From: Clostridia bacterium
GTDB taxonomy: Bacteria > Bacillota > Clostridia > Oscillospirales > CAG-272
Direction of reading: 5' to 3'
Length of the DNA: 64,000 nt
Assembly: GCA_017503105.1 (NCBI GenBank)
Contig: JAFVTS010000014.1
Coordinates: 18,032 to 82,031, forward strand
The translations under genes were made by a program, and so were the position numbers. Under the pieces are notes generated by a model, which had not been told where the DNA came from, made no database searches, and was given only the letters and a program-made list of their open reading frames with translations. Position 1 is the stretch's first letter. Each line of letters opens with the position of its first letter. Of this stretch, positions 8,055 through 18,094 are shown one piece after another.

Positions 8055-11000
8055 AAGAACGTTATCTGATTCGTTTCGCTAAGACCGTCAAGAACTCCGT
8101 TTTTGCGAAGTATCTCTATCACGGCCTTGGAAATTCCCGTCCTGCGGCGCAGCTCGTCGATAGAGTCAATATCGAACGCCTCTCGCGCCTCGACTATCTT
8201 ATCGGCGGCAGTATCGCCAAGCCCGGGAAGAGAGTTTAAGGGCATTCTTATTCTTCCGTTTTCGGGAAGGAACGCCTTTGCGTCGGACTTTTTAAGATCG
8301 ACCTTCAAGAAAACGACGCCTCTTGCCAAAGCCTCTCTGACCATATAGAGAGTCTGACAGGTTTCGTTGTCCTTTGCGGTCGCCTCGTTGCCCTTGCCCT
8401 CAAGCTCCGTTATCGCGGCGTTCACGCCCTCGTAACCGCGCGCGACGATCTCCGCGTCAAAGCCTCCCGGAGCCACCGTCAGGAATGCCGCGTAAAACTC
8501 CATAGGATAGTATATCTTGTACCACGCAAGACGTATCGCCGACATAACGTAAGCCGCGGCGTGAGCCTTCGGGAACATATACTTTATCTTCTTACACGAC
8601 CATATATACCAATCGGGCACGCCGTGGGCGAGCATTTCCGCCTCCCACTCGGGGGTGAGCCCCTTGCCCTTTCTGACGCTTTCCATTATCTTGAAGGACA
8701 TAGAGTTGTCAAGCCCCTTTTGGATAAGGTAAAGCATTATACCGTCACGCGTTCCGACGACCTCCGAAATCGTACAGGTTCCCTGTTTTATGAGCTCCTG
8801 CGCGTTGCCGAGCCACACGTCCGTTCCGTGTGTAAGACCCGATATCTGAAGAAGGTCGGCAAAGTTCTTCGGCTTTGCCTCTATCAGGACCTGCTGTAAA
8901 AATCTCGTGCCGAACTCGGGGATACCGAAGGTGGCAAGCTGGCTGCCGCCTATCTGGTCGGGAGTTATGCCGAGAGGCTTCGTGGATGCGAAGAGCTCGT
9001 ATATCGTCTTGTCGTTCATCTTGACGTCGAGAACGGAGGTATTAGTATACTTTTCAAGCATCTTATACTTCGTCGGCATATCGTGTCCGAGCTCGTCGAG
9101 CTTCAGTATGGTGTCGTGAAGATACGAGAACTGGAAGTGCGTTGTTACCGTGTCGGCGTTAGGGTCGTCGGCGGGGTGCTGTATCGGGGTAAAGTCGTAT
9201 ATATCGTATTCGTTGGGAACGACTATGATACCGCCCGGGTGCTGTCCCGTCGTCTTTTTTATTCCCATTACGCGGGTGACCATATGCGCGATCTCCGCTT
9301 TTGGTATCTTTATCCTGCGCTCCTCAAGGTACTTGTTTATGTAGCCCCAAGCCGTCTTGTCCGCAAGTCCCGTGATGGTTCCCGCGCGGAAGACGTGCCC
9401 CTGTCCGAAGAGCTCCTCGGTATACTTATGCACCTTGCCCTGCACGTCACCCGAGAAGTTTAAGTCTATATCGGGGGATTTATCGCCGTAGAAGCCGAGG
9501 AAGGTCTCAAACGGTATATCGTGTCCGTCCTGGTAAAGCTCCTCACCGCAGACGGGGCACTTTTTGTCGGGAAGGTCAAAGCCCGAGCCGACAGAGCCGT
9601 CGGTGAAGAACTCGGAATATTTGCACTTAAGGCAACGGTAGTGCGGCGGCAGAGGGTTGACCTCGGAGATACCCGACATCGTCGCAACGAACGAAGAGCC
9701 GACGGAGCCTCTTGAGCCAACCTGGTAGCCAAGGCTCTCCGAGTAAGCAACGAGCTTTACCGCTATCATATAAAGAACGGCAAAGCCGTTTTTGATAATG
9801 GACGTCAGCTCCTTTTCAAGCCTCTTTTCCACGATCTCGGGAAGCTTTTCACCGTACCAATCGTGCGCCCTTTTCCAACAAGAGCTCTCAAGCTCCTCCT
9901 TCGCACCGGGAAGGTCGGGCTCGTATCTGCCCTCGGGAATAGGACGGATATACTCGCACATATCCGCTATTTTATTCGGGTTTTCTATAACTACCTCGCG
10001 GCAGAGCTCCTCTCCGAGATACGAGAACTCCGCGAGCATTTCTTCGGTATTTCTGAGATATATCGGCGTCGGCTTATCCGCGTCGGCAAATTTCATTCCC
10101 GCAAGGAGAATGCGTCTGTATATCTCGTCCTCCTCGTTTACGAAGTGCGCGTCACAGGTGGCGCACACGGGCTTGCCGAGCTTTTTACCGAGCTCGCAGA
10201 TCTGCCTGTTAATATCCTTTAAAACTTCCTCGTTTGCGACCTTTCCGTCGGCTATCAGGAAGCGGTTGTTGCCAAGTGGCTGTATCTCAAGGTAATCGTA
10301 GAAGGACGCTATCTCCTCGATCTCCTGATTTGAGCGTCCGTCAAGTATCGCCTTGTAAAGCTCGCCCGCCTCGCACGCGGAGCCTATGATAAGCCCCTCA
10401 CGGTACTGCTCTATCACAGACTTCGGCATACGGGGAAATCTTTTATAATAATTAAGATAGCTGAAGGAGATGAGCTTGTAAAGATTTTTAAGTCCCTCCT
10501 TGTTCTTCGCGAAGATTATCATATGATAATAAGGAAGCTTCAAGGGATCGGACTTCTCACTCATCGCGTCAAGCATACGCGAGAAGGTGTCTATACCGTC
10601 GCTTCGCATTCTCTCGACCATAACGAAGAATATCTTTGAGAGCACCTCCGCGTCGTCGGAGGCTCTGTGGTGGTGGAAGTCGTCAAGGTCGTAGTATTTC
10701 GCTATCGTATCAAGCTTGTGGTTTTTAAGGTCGGTGTTGACGAACTTAGAAAGCCCGACGGTGTCAAGGTAGGTGTTGGTAAACTCAAAGCCCTGCCTCT
10801 CGCACGCCACTCTTATAAAGCCTATATCGAAGGCGGCGTTATGGGCTATGAGCATAGAATCCCCCGCAAAAAGGAGGAATTTCTCCACCGCTTCCCTCTC
10901 CTTCGGTGCGCCCTTCACCATCTCGTCGGTGATGGACGTAAGACGCGTTATCTCCTCGGGTATCGGCTCTTCGGGATCAACGAAGATATCCATACGGTCG

Positions 11001-12466
11001 ATGACCTCGCCGCATTTCACCTTTACCGCGCCTATCTCTATTATCTTGCAGGTCCTGTTTGAAAGTCCCGTCGTTTCTATATCGAAAACGACCATTTCGT
11101 CCTCAAACTCGGGGTGCTTCGTTCCGAAAACGCACCTTGCCGTGTCGTTAACAAAATAGCTCTCTATGCCGTAGAGGATCTTAAGTTCCTTGTTGCCCGA
11201 TTTTTCAAGCGCGAGCATAACCTCAGGGAAGCTCTGAACGTTTCCGTGGTCGGTGACCGCTATTGCCTTATGCCCCCATCTTATCGCCGTGTTCACTATT
11301 TCCGCAGGAGTTATAACGGCGTCCATCTGGGACATATTTGAGTGAAGGTGGAGCTCGACGCGCTTTTCGGGCGCGTCGTCCATACGCTCAAGCTTTTTTA
11401 TCTTTTTTCCGCCCCTCGGAATAACGTACGGCTCGTTGTCAAACTTATCGCGCCCAACTCTGCCGAGCACGGCGATATGCGTGCCGGGCTTGAGCCCCTT
11501 TACCCAACCCATCTCCTCGGGGGTGTACGCCTTCTTCAGATACGTCGCGCAAGCACCGTCGGAAATACCTACGGTGCAGTTGAATTTATCTCCCGAGCGA
11601 GTCTCCTTCGTCGTTACCTCAAAGACCGTGCCGAGGAATATCGTATTGCTCCTCACTCGCTCAAGCTCCGAGAGGGGCGTCGGCTCGATAAGGTCGAAAT
11701 CATCTCCGAAAAGAAGCTCAGCACCCGAGGTGTCGTAGGTGGAGGCACCCATTCTGAAAACGCTCTCGCTTATCGCCTCGTTTGAGCCCGCTAAGGACGA
11801 AAGACCCACGCGCGCCTCAAAATCGTAGTGCGGGTCGGCAGCACGCGCTTCGTCCTCTCTTTTTTGGCGTATAGCCTCTCTTTCTCTCAAGAACTGCTCG
11901 CGCCCTTCTCTTTCCGCGTCGGCAAGAAGCTTTTCTCTGTATTCAAGAACGCCGCTGTGCCTCTCCTCGTATCCCGTGCCCGAGGCTATTTCTATTCGCC
12001 GCCTTACTCCGTAGCGGCTCTCAAGTATACGCGAGAGGATATCTTCCGTACCGCTCACCTTAACGAAGGTCGCTCCGTACTCATCGAACGGGATAGACAC
12101 CCTGACGGTCGCGCCGTCGTCATCGTACTTCGCTCCTCTGAAAAATCCCTCCGTTACAGCTCCGCAAAGAGATGCCTCAAGCGCTATCTCACCGAAGCGC
12201 TCTACGCCGTATTCCGAGCTCGGAAAATGCGGAAGTATCTTAAAGGATTCCGCGGAGTAAAGCTCGCGGCACTCGTCCTCTATCTCGTATATCAGCTCGG
12301 CGTCCTCGTGAGCGTCAAAGCTAAGCTCGACCTCGACGCGCATCGGGTCCTTTGAGTATCGGAACGCGGCGTCCCTTGCACGCTCAAGAAGCGCGCGCTT
12401 CTTTTGGTCGGGGTTATATCGCTTGAAAACGCCGAGAAACGTCTTCTTCTGTTCGCTGTTTTCCAT
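8051..12466 (-). CDS. polC: DNA polymerase III PolC-type alpha subunit (with intrinsic 3'-5' exonuclease)
   Basis: 1471 aa. It has a PHP domain (VELHLHSNMSQMD), an exonuclease domain (VVFDIETTGL...HNAAFD...HHRASDDA), the polymerase core, and a C-terminal HhH (LNSLPGLGDTAADKIV). Confidence 0.97.
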   Translation of the reverse strand: MENSEQKKTFLGVFKRYNPDQKKRALLERARDAAFRYSKDPMRVEVELSFDAHEDAELIYEIEDECRELYSAESFKILPHFPSSEYGVERFGEIALEASLCGAVTEGFFRGAKYDDDGATVRVSIPFDEYGATFVKVSGTEDILSRILESRYGVRRRIEIASGTGYEERHSGVLEYREKLLADAEREGREQFLREREAIRQKREDEARAADPHYDFEARVGLSSLAGSNEAISESVFRMGASTYDTSGAELLFGDDFDLIEPTPLSELERVRSNTIFLGTVFEVTTKETRSGDKFNCTVGISDGACATYLKKAYTPEEMGWVKGLKPGTHIAVLGRVGRDKFDNEPYVIPRGGKKIKKLERMDDAPEKRVELHLHSNMSQMDAVITPAEIVNTAIRWGHKAIAVTDHGNVQSFPEVMLALEKSGNKELKILYGIESYFVNDTARCVFGTKHPEFEDEMVVFDIETTGLSNRTCKIIEIGAVKVKCGEVIDRMDIFVDPEEPIPEEITRLTSITDEMVKGAPKEREAVEKFLLFAGDSMLIAHNAAFDIGFIRVACERQGFEFTNTYLDTVGLSKFVNTDLKNHKLDTIAKYYDLDDFHHHRASDDAEVLSKIFFVMVERMRSDGIDTFSRMLDAMSEKSDPLKLPYYHMIIFAKNKEGLKNLYKLISFSYLNYYKRFPRMPKSVIEQYREGLIIGSACEAGELYKAILDGRSNQEIEEIASFYDYLEIQPLGNNRFLIADGKVANEEVLKDINRQICELGKKLGKPVCATCDAHFVNEEDEIYRRILLAGMKFADADKPTPIYLRNTEEMLAEFSYLGEELCREVVIENPNKIADMCEYIRPIPEGRYEPDLPGAKEELESSCWKRAHDWYGEKLPEIVEKRLEKELTSIIKNGFAVLYMIAVKLVAYSESLGYQVGSRGSVGSSFVATMSGISEVNPLPPHYRCLKCKYSEFFTDGSVGSGFDLPDKKCPVCGEELYQDGHDIPFETFLGFYGDKSPDIDLNFSGDVQGKVHKYTEELFGQGHVFRAGTITGLADKTAWGYINKYLEERRIKIPKAEIAHMVTRVMGIKKTTGQHPGGIIVVPNEYDIYDFTPIQHPADDPNADTVTTHFQFSYLHDTILKLDELGHDMPTKYKMLEKYTNTSVLDVKMNDKTIYELFASTKPLGITPDQIGGSQLATFGIPEFGTRFLQQVLIEAKPKNFADLLQISGLTHGTDVWLGNAQELIKQGTCTISEVVGTRDGIMLYLIQKGLDNSMSFKIMESVRKGKGLTPEWEAEMLAHGVPDWYIWSCKKIKYMFPKAHAAAYVMSAIRLAWYKIYYPMEFYAAFLTVAPGGFDAEIVARGYEGVNAAITELEGKGNEATAKDNETCQTLYMVREALARGVVFLKVDLKKSDAKAFLPENGRIRMPLNSLPGLGDTAADKIVEAREAFDIDSIDELRRRTGISKAVIEILRKNGVLDGLSETNQITFF

Positions 12467-13551
12467 TACTGCTCCGATCTCATTTTCTTTATTTCATCTA
12501 TAAGCTCGTCTATAAGCCTGTCCTCTTTTATCTTCCTTACGGGCACGCCCTTTTTGAAGAGGAGTCCCTCTCCGACGCCGCCCGCAATACCGATATCTGC
12601 CTCCCTTGCCTCGCCAGGGCCGTTTACCACGCAGCCCATAAGCGCGACCTTCAAGGAAAGACGGTCAAGCCCCTCGGCTTTTATTCTGTCCTCAAACTCC
12701 GAAAGAAGCTTTATCAGGTTTATCTTAGTCCTTCCGCAGGTGGGGCAGCCTACTATCTCTATGCCGCCGTCAGCCGTGAGCTTCAGCGCCTTCAATATTT
12801 CACGCGCCGCCGAGACCTCCTTTATCGGGTCGTCGGTAAGAGAAACTCTGACGGTGTCACCTATCCCCTCGGAAAGAAGCGTGCCGATGCCTATGCTGCT
12901 CTTCACGAGCGCGCTGTCCCTTGCCCCCGCCTCAGTGACCCCGAGGTGTATGGGATAAGAGGTCTTTTCGGCTAAAAGTCGGTTAGCCGCTATCATAGTG
13001 GGAACGTCGGACGCCTTTACCGAAACCGCTATATCGTGGAAATCAAGCTCCTCAAGAAGCGACGCGTGGTAAAGAGCGCTTTCAACGAGAGCCTCCGCCG
13101 TCGGAGCGCCGTGCTTTTCAAGAATGCTCTTCTCAACGGAGCCCGAATTTACGCCTATTCTGATAGGAACACCGTGTGCCGCGCAGACTTCGGCAACCGC
13201 GGCGACCTTGTCCCCCGAGCCTATATTGCCGGGGTTGATTCGGATCTTGTCAGCTCCCGCGAGAACGGAAGCTATCGCCGCCTCGTGGCTGAAATGTATA
13301 TCGGCAACGAGAGGGATCCCCACGCCTCTTTTTTTAAGCTCCCCGAAAATCGGCGCCGCGTCTGCGTGCGGAACGGTTATTCTGACTATATCGCACCCCG
13401 CTTCCTCAAGCGCCAAGACTTGGCGATACGTCGCCTCTTTATCATAGGTATCGGTGTTCGTCATCGACTGAATGCTGATGGGAGCTCCGCCGCCAATTTG
13501 AACTCTGCCAAGCTTTATTCGGTTAGTTTCGCGTCTTTTAACAAAATCCAT
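12466..13551 (-). CDS. ispG: 4-hydroxy-3-methylbut-2-en-1-yl diphosphate synthase (MEP pathway)
   Basis: VQIGGGAPISIQSMTNTDT, RINPGNIG and CPTCGR...GCVVNGPGE are IspG/GcpE signatures. Confidence 0.95.
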   Translation of the reverse strand: MDFVKRRETNRIKLGRVQIGGGAPISIQSMTNTDTYDKEATYRQVLALEEAGCDIVRITVPHADAAPIFGELKKRGVGIPLVADIHFSHEAAIASVLAGADKIRINPGNIGSGDKVAAVAEVCAAHGVPIRIGVNSGSVEKSILEKHGAPTAEALVESALYHASLLEELDFHDIAVSVKASDVPTMIAANRLLAEKTSYPIHLGVTEAGARDSALVKSSIGIGTLLSEGIGDTVRVSLTDDPIKEVSAAREILKALKLTADGGIEIVGCPTCGRTKINLIKLLSEFEDRIKAEGLDRLSLKVALMGCVVNGPGEAREADIGIAGGVGEGLLFKKGVPVRKIKEDRLIDELIDEIKKMRSEQ

Positions 13552-13563
13552 TGTTCTTCCTCT

Positions 13564-14640
13564 TTAAATGATAAGTTGTATTACGTCCTTTACGAGTATC
13601 ACCGCGGAGAGCGAGAGCAGAAGAGCGAGCCCCACGAAATTGATCATACTCTCCACCTTTGCGGGTATGCGCTTTCCCGTTATCATCTCGGCAGTAACTG
13701 TAATAAGCCTTCCGCCGTCAAGCGCGGGGAACGGGATAAGGTTCATAATTCCGAGATTTATGCTTATCAAGGCGATGATATAGAGCAGATTAAGAGCGCC
13801 CTCCGACGCCGCCTGACCTATCGCCGTTGAGATCCCGACGGGTCCCGAAACGGCGGCAAAAGTGTATCTGCCCGTGAACAGGTCTATTATAGACTCCCAG
13901 CACATACGCACGATAAGGCACGACTTGCTCCACGAATAAGTCATAATGCTGCCAAAGGATTTTTCTTCTTTTCCAACGCTGAAATCGCGCGCTCCGAAGA
14001 CCTGACCCGAGTCGGAAACGGTGGGAAAGACTACGTTCTCAAGCGTAATCTCCTCTCCGTCCCTTATAACCACGACGTCTACGGGCTCAATACCGCGCCT
14101 CATAATTTCATAAGAAAGCTCGTCAAGAATATCGACCCTCTTACCGTCCACCGAAATTATCTCGTCACCGACCAATATCTGCTCGCGCGTAGTTATGTCG
14201 GTGCCAAGCTCCTCGGGCGTGTAGGTTTTGGTGACGGTCGTGCCGCCGATGTCGATGAAGAAGCTGAGTATCATAACGGCAAGAAAGCCCGCCACGATAT
14301 TTATAACTGCCCCCGCCGCGGTTATTATGAACCTCTGCCACGCGGGCTTTTTGTCAAAGGTGTTGGGGTCCCTTTGCCACTCCTCGTATTCGGGCGTGCC
14401 CTCTTCCGCGGCGCTCTCGCCCGCCATTGCGACGAATCCTCCGATAGGAAGTGCCGCGACGGAATATTTGATATTGGTCTTCTTTGAAGTACGGGTGAAT
14501 ATCCTCGGCCCCATACCGATGGAAAACTCGTTTACCGTTACTTTAAAAATTCTCGCGAAGATATAGTGCCCAAACTCGTGAATGAAAATAAGAAAGCCGA
14601 AAACAAGCACTGCGCTGATTACGGTTACAATTACGTTCAA
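13564..14640 (-). CDS. rseP: RIP site-2 metalloprotease RseP/RasP (M50, PDZ-containing)
   Basis: IHEFGH zinc motif in TM1, a central PDZ-like segment (GDEIISVDGKRV), and NLIPFPALDGG near the C-terminus. Confidence 0.9.
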   Translation of the reverse strand: MNVIVTVISAVLVFGFLIFIHEFGHYIFARIFKVTVNEFSIGMGPRIFTRTSKKTNIKYSVAALPIGGFVAMAGESAAEEGTPEYEEWQRDPNTFDKKPAWQRFIITAAGAVINIVAGFLAVMILSFFIDIGGTTVTKTYTPEELGTDITTREQILVGDEIISVDGKRVDILDELSYEIMRRGIEPVDVVVIRDGEEITLENVVFPTVSDSGQVFGARDFSVGKEEKSFGSIMTYSWSKSCLIVRMCWESIIDLFTGRYTFAAVSGPVGISTAIGQAASEGALNLLYIIALISINLGIMNLIPFPALDGGRLITVTAEMITGKRIPAKVESMINFVGLALLLSLSAVILVKDVIQLII

Positions 14641-15800
14641 TATCTCTTTTCTCCTATAAATTTCTCAGAGAGAAGCCTTGCTTCTCTGTCAAAGGCTACG
14701 ATCGCGTCAAGCTCTTTTGCCTCCGCGGCTCTTTTTTCAAGCTCAAGGTAAACAGCCTCCACGACCTCGGATATTCCGAGGAAGGAAAGCCGCTCCTCAA
14801 GGAATGCCGCGACCGCTATCTCATCCGCCGCGTTAAGAAGAGCGGGTGCCGCACCGCCCGTGAGCATTGACCGCCTCGCGAGCGCAAGAAGCGGAAAGGC
14901 GGACTCGTCGGGTCTTTGGAAGGTGAGCTTTCCGATTTTGAAAAGATCAAGCTCCTCGGAGGCTGTGGGCATCCTGTCGGGATAATCCACCGCGTACTGC
15001 ACGCACATACGCATATCGGGAACGGAAAATTCACCGATTACCGCGTTATCAATATATTCAACAGCCGAGTGAAGTATACTTTCCCTGTGCACGGTGACCT
15101 CGATATTATCGGCGCTGACGCCGAAAAGATGCGCCGCCTCTATGACCTCGAAGCCCTTATTCATAAGGGTGGCGCTGTCAACGGTTATTTTCTTGCCCAT
15201 CTTCCACGTCGGATGCGCGAGAGTGTCAGCGAGCGTAACACTCCGAAGCTCCTCACGACCGCGCCCGAAGAAGGGACCACCCGAGGCTGTGAGTATTATT
15301 TTCTTTATCTCGGACGTTCTGCCCGATTTTAAAGACTGAAAAATCGCACTGTGCTCGCTGTCGACGGGAAGTATCTGGGCACCGCGCTCACGCGCCCTTT
15401 TCATAACGATCTCGCCCGCTATAACGAGCGACTCTTTGTTTGCAAGGGCAAGGCGCTTGCCCGCTTCGATGACGGCAAGGGTCGGCTTCAGCCCCGCCTC
15501 ACCTATTATCGAATTGACCGCGCACTCCGATTCGGAAAGCGAGATGCCCTCAAGTATTCCCGCCTCACCGAAAAGGAGCTTGACGTCCGTGTCGGCAAGA
15601 CGCGTCTTCAGATCGGAATAAGCGTCGGGATTCTCGACGGCAAGATACTTTACCTTAAATTCCCGCGCCGCCGCTTCTGCGACTGCCGCGTTTTTTCCAA
15701 CGCTTATAAAATCTATCTCATATCCCCTGCTCCTCGCGACGTCGAGCGCCTGAGTGCCGACGGAGCCGCTTGCGCCGAGGACCGATATTTTCTTATTCAT
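14637..15800 (-). CDS. dxr: 1-deoxy-D-xylulose 5-phosphate reductoisomerase
   Basis: ISVLGASGSVGTQ, LANKESLV and PVDSEHSAIFQ are Dxr motifs. A GGAG RBS sits 5 nt before the ATG at 15800. The track ORF extends to 15845. Confidence 0.95.
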   Translation of the reverse strand: MNKKISVLGASGSVGTQALDVARSRGYEIDFISVGKNAAVAEAAAREFKVKYLAVENPDAYSDLKTRLADTDVKLLFGEAGILEGISLSESECAVNSIIGEAGLKPTLAVIEAGKRLALANKESLVIAGEIVMKRARERGAQILPVDSEHSAIFQSLKSGRTSEIKKIILTASGGPFFGRGREELRSVTLADTLAHPTWKMGKKITVDSATLMNKGFEVIEAAHLFGVSADNIEVTVHRESILHSAVEYIDNAVIGEFSVPDMRMCVQYAVDYPDRMPTASEELDLFKIGKLTFQRPDESAFPLLALARRSMLTGGAAPALLNAADEIAVAAFLEERLSFLGISEVVEAVYLELEKRAAEAKELDAIVAFDREARLLSEKFIGEKRY

Positions 15801-15873
15801 AAAAACTCCATTTTTGTCAGCAATACCGCCACGCCTTAAAATCATTAGCGGCGTGACGGTAATACGTTATTTT

Positions 15874-16716
15874 TTAAAAAACGGACGGAAGAGCAAACGA
15901 GAGGAACATAAGCACAAGAGAGATCGGCATCATTGAGTCGAATCTGTCAAGCACTCCTCCGTGCCCCGGGAAAAGTCTTCCGTAATCCTTCACGCCAAAC
16001 TCACGCTTGATAAGCGACGCTATGAGATCTCCGAACTGTCCGACGATGGCGAGGACGAGTCCGTAGACGGCGAGAATGGGATAATTGACCGAAACGCCTG
16101 CGGCTCCCGCCTTCGAGAGGATGAAGCCGTAAAGCAAAAGCGCAAGAAGCGCGAACACCGTGCCTCCGACAGCGCCCTCAACGGTCTTCTTCGGGCTTAT
16201 TTCGGGAATGAGCTTATGCTTGCCGAAAAGATATCCCGTGAAGTACGCGAAGACGTCGCAGACGCAAGAGGATATAAAAACTATAACGAAAACGTATACG
16301 CCGTTTTCTATATACCTGAGTCCCGCAAGAGCCGTGAACGACGCGAGTATATAAGCTATCGCCGTGAAAGCGCCCGACACGCGGGAGAAAGGAAGCTTCG
16401 CGCGGCGTATTACCGCGAAGAACAGAAGATAAAGTAAATAAAACGCCATCGCAAGAGCTAAGAGGGAGAAGTACGACTTCATACCGCCGAACGTCCCGAC
16501 GGCAAAATACGTTCCGAGAGGGAGCGCCGCCGCCAAAAGGTACGACGGCAAGGAAACGCCTATGCTTTTTTCAAGTCCGAGCACGCGCAGCATCTCGAAT
16601 ACCGCCATCACGCAAAGAAGCGCGATGACTATCGGATAGACGATATATTCCGAGAATATGCACGGCACGGCGAAGAGCGCCGTTATCACGGCACCCGTTA
16701 TGGTTCTGACCTTCAT
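15874..16716 (-). CDS. cdsA: Phosphatidate cytidylyltransferase
   Basis: Multi-TM protein carrying the C-terminal CdsA signature SLIKREFGVKDYGRLFPGHGGVLDRFDS. Confidence 0.9.
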   Translation of the reverse strand: MKVRTITGAVITALFAVPCIFSEYIVYPIVIALLCVMAVFEMLRVLGLEKSIGVSLPSYLLAAALPLGTYFAVGTFGGMKSYFSLLALAMAFYLLYLLFFAVIRRAKLPFSRVSGAFTAIAYILASFTALAGLRYIENGVYVFVIVFISSCVCDVFAYFTGYLFGKHKLIPEISPKKTVEGAVGGTVFALLALLLYGFILSKAGAAGVSVNYPILAVYGLVLAIVGQFGDLIASLIKREFGVKDYGRLFPGHGGVLDRFDSMMPISLVLMFLSFALPSVF

Positions 16717-16733
16717 TTTTTGCCCCTTAAAGC

Positions 16734-17468
16734 TTATTTTTCTTCCTCAACTCCGCCAAAGCGACGCTTTCTCGAATAGAATTCCTTAACTGCGTCGTTT
16801 ATCGCGTCCCTGTCAAAATCGGGGAACAGCGTGTCGGTGACGACTATTTCGGAATAAGCGCACTGCCAGAGAAGGAAGTTCGATATACGGAAATCTCCGC
16901 CCGTTCTTATTATAAGATCGGGATCGGGAGATTCGCTCGTGTACATATATCTTGTGAGTATCTCCTCCGTGATCTCCGTGTGTCCCGCCTTTATCGCCTC
17001 GTTTGCGGCGTGAACGATCTCCGCTCTGCCACCGTAGTTGAGTGCGACGTTACATATGTAATCGGAATCGGGGTTAAGCCCTTCAACCTCAACGCACTTT
17101 GCCCTGAGTCTTTCGGGGAGCGCGGATTTATCGCCGAGGAAGTGGACGCGGAAGTTCTCGCCCGCCTCGATCTTCTTCATAACGACGTCCTGAAGATAAG
17201 TGAAGGTCAGCTCCATCAGAGCCTCGACCTCCTCGCGCGGACGCTTCCAATTCTCCGTTGAGAAGGCGTAAATGGTGACGTGATGCACGCCCATCTCACG
17301 GAAGGTCATAAGCATCTTTTCAACGTTCGCGGCGCCTGCCTTGTGCCCCGCCGTTCTCGGAAGCAAACGCTTTTTCGCCCATCTTCCGTTACCGTCCATT
17401 ATAACGGCAACGCTCTTAAGATGCTCGTCCGCCTTTATAAGCTCGTTTTCTTTTATCTTTTTTGCCAT
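16734..17468 (-). CDS. uppS: Isoprenyl transferase (undecaprenyl diphosphate synthase)
   Basis: VAVIMDGNGRWA, YAFSTENWKRP and IRTGGDFRISNFLLWQ are UppS signatures. Confidence 0.95.
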   Translation of the reverse strand: MAKKIKENELIKADEHLKSVAVIMDGNGRWAKKRLLPRTAGHKAGAANVEKMLMTFREMGVHHVTIYAFSTENWKRPREEVEALMELTFTYLQDVVMKKIEAGENFRVHFLGDKSALPERLRAKCVEVEGLNPDSDYICNVALNYGGRAEIVHAANEAIKAGHTEITEEILTRYMYTSESPDPDLIIRTGGDFRISNFLLWQCAYSEIVVTDTLFPDFDRDAINDAVKEFYSRKRRFGGVEEEK

Positions 17469-17492
17469 TATAAAACCTCTTCTCGGGGAGAA

Positions 17493-18047
17493 TCAGATCT
17501 CCATTATCTCCTTGGTCTTTGCGGCTGTAACCGTGTCGATCTCCTTGACGTACTTGTCGGTGAGATCCTGAATGGACTTGTCGGATGCCTTTGCCTCGTC
17601 CTCGGTCATCTCGGAATCCTTCTTCATTGCCTTGATCTTATCGTTCGCGTCGCGGCGGATGTTTCTTACCGCAACCTTAGCTTCCTCGCCCATCTTTGAG
17701 ATCTGCTTGGAAAGATCGCGTCTTCTCTCCTCCGTCATCGGGGGGAAGGAAAGACGGATGCACTGACCGTCGTTCTGGGGATGGATGCCGAGGTCGGAGG
17801 TGAGTATAGCCTTTTCTATACTCTTCATCGCGGACTTATCCCAAGAGTTGATAAGAAGCGTTCTCGCGTCCTCAACCTTGATCTCGGCGATGGAATTTAT
17901 GGGTGTGGGGCTTCCGTAATAATCTACGTTGATCTTCTTAAGAACGTCGGGAGTAGCTCTTCCCGCTCTGATAGTAGAGAGGTTTTCGCTGTAAGCCGCA
18001 ACGCTCTTCTTCATTTTTGCTTCAAAATCCTTAGTATCGAGTTTCAT
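17493..18047 (-). CDS. frr: Ribosome recycling factor
   Basis: 184 aa with TIRAGRATPDVL and PPMTEERRRDL motifs. AAAGGAG RBS. Confidence 0.95.
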   Translation of the reverse strand: MKLDTKDFEAKMKKSVAAYSENLSTIRAGRATPDVLKKINVDYYGSPTPINSIAEIKVEDARTLLINSWDKSAMKSIEKAILTSDLGIHPQNDGQCIRLSFPPMTEERRRDLSKQISKMGEEAKVAVRNIRRDANDKIKAMKKDSEMTEDEAKASDKSIQDLTDKYVKEIDTVTAAKTKEIMEI

Positions 18048-18094
18048 TTTCTAAAATCTCCTTTATGTATGATATTTTTATTTTTTAGCTATTT

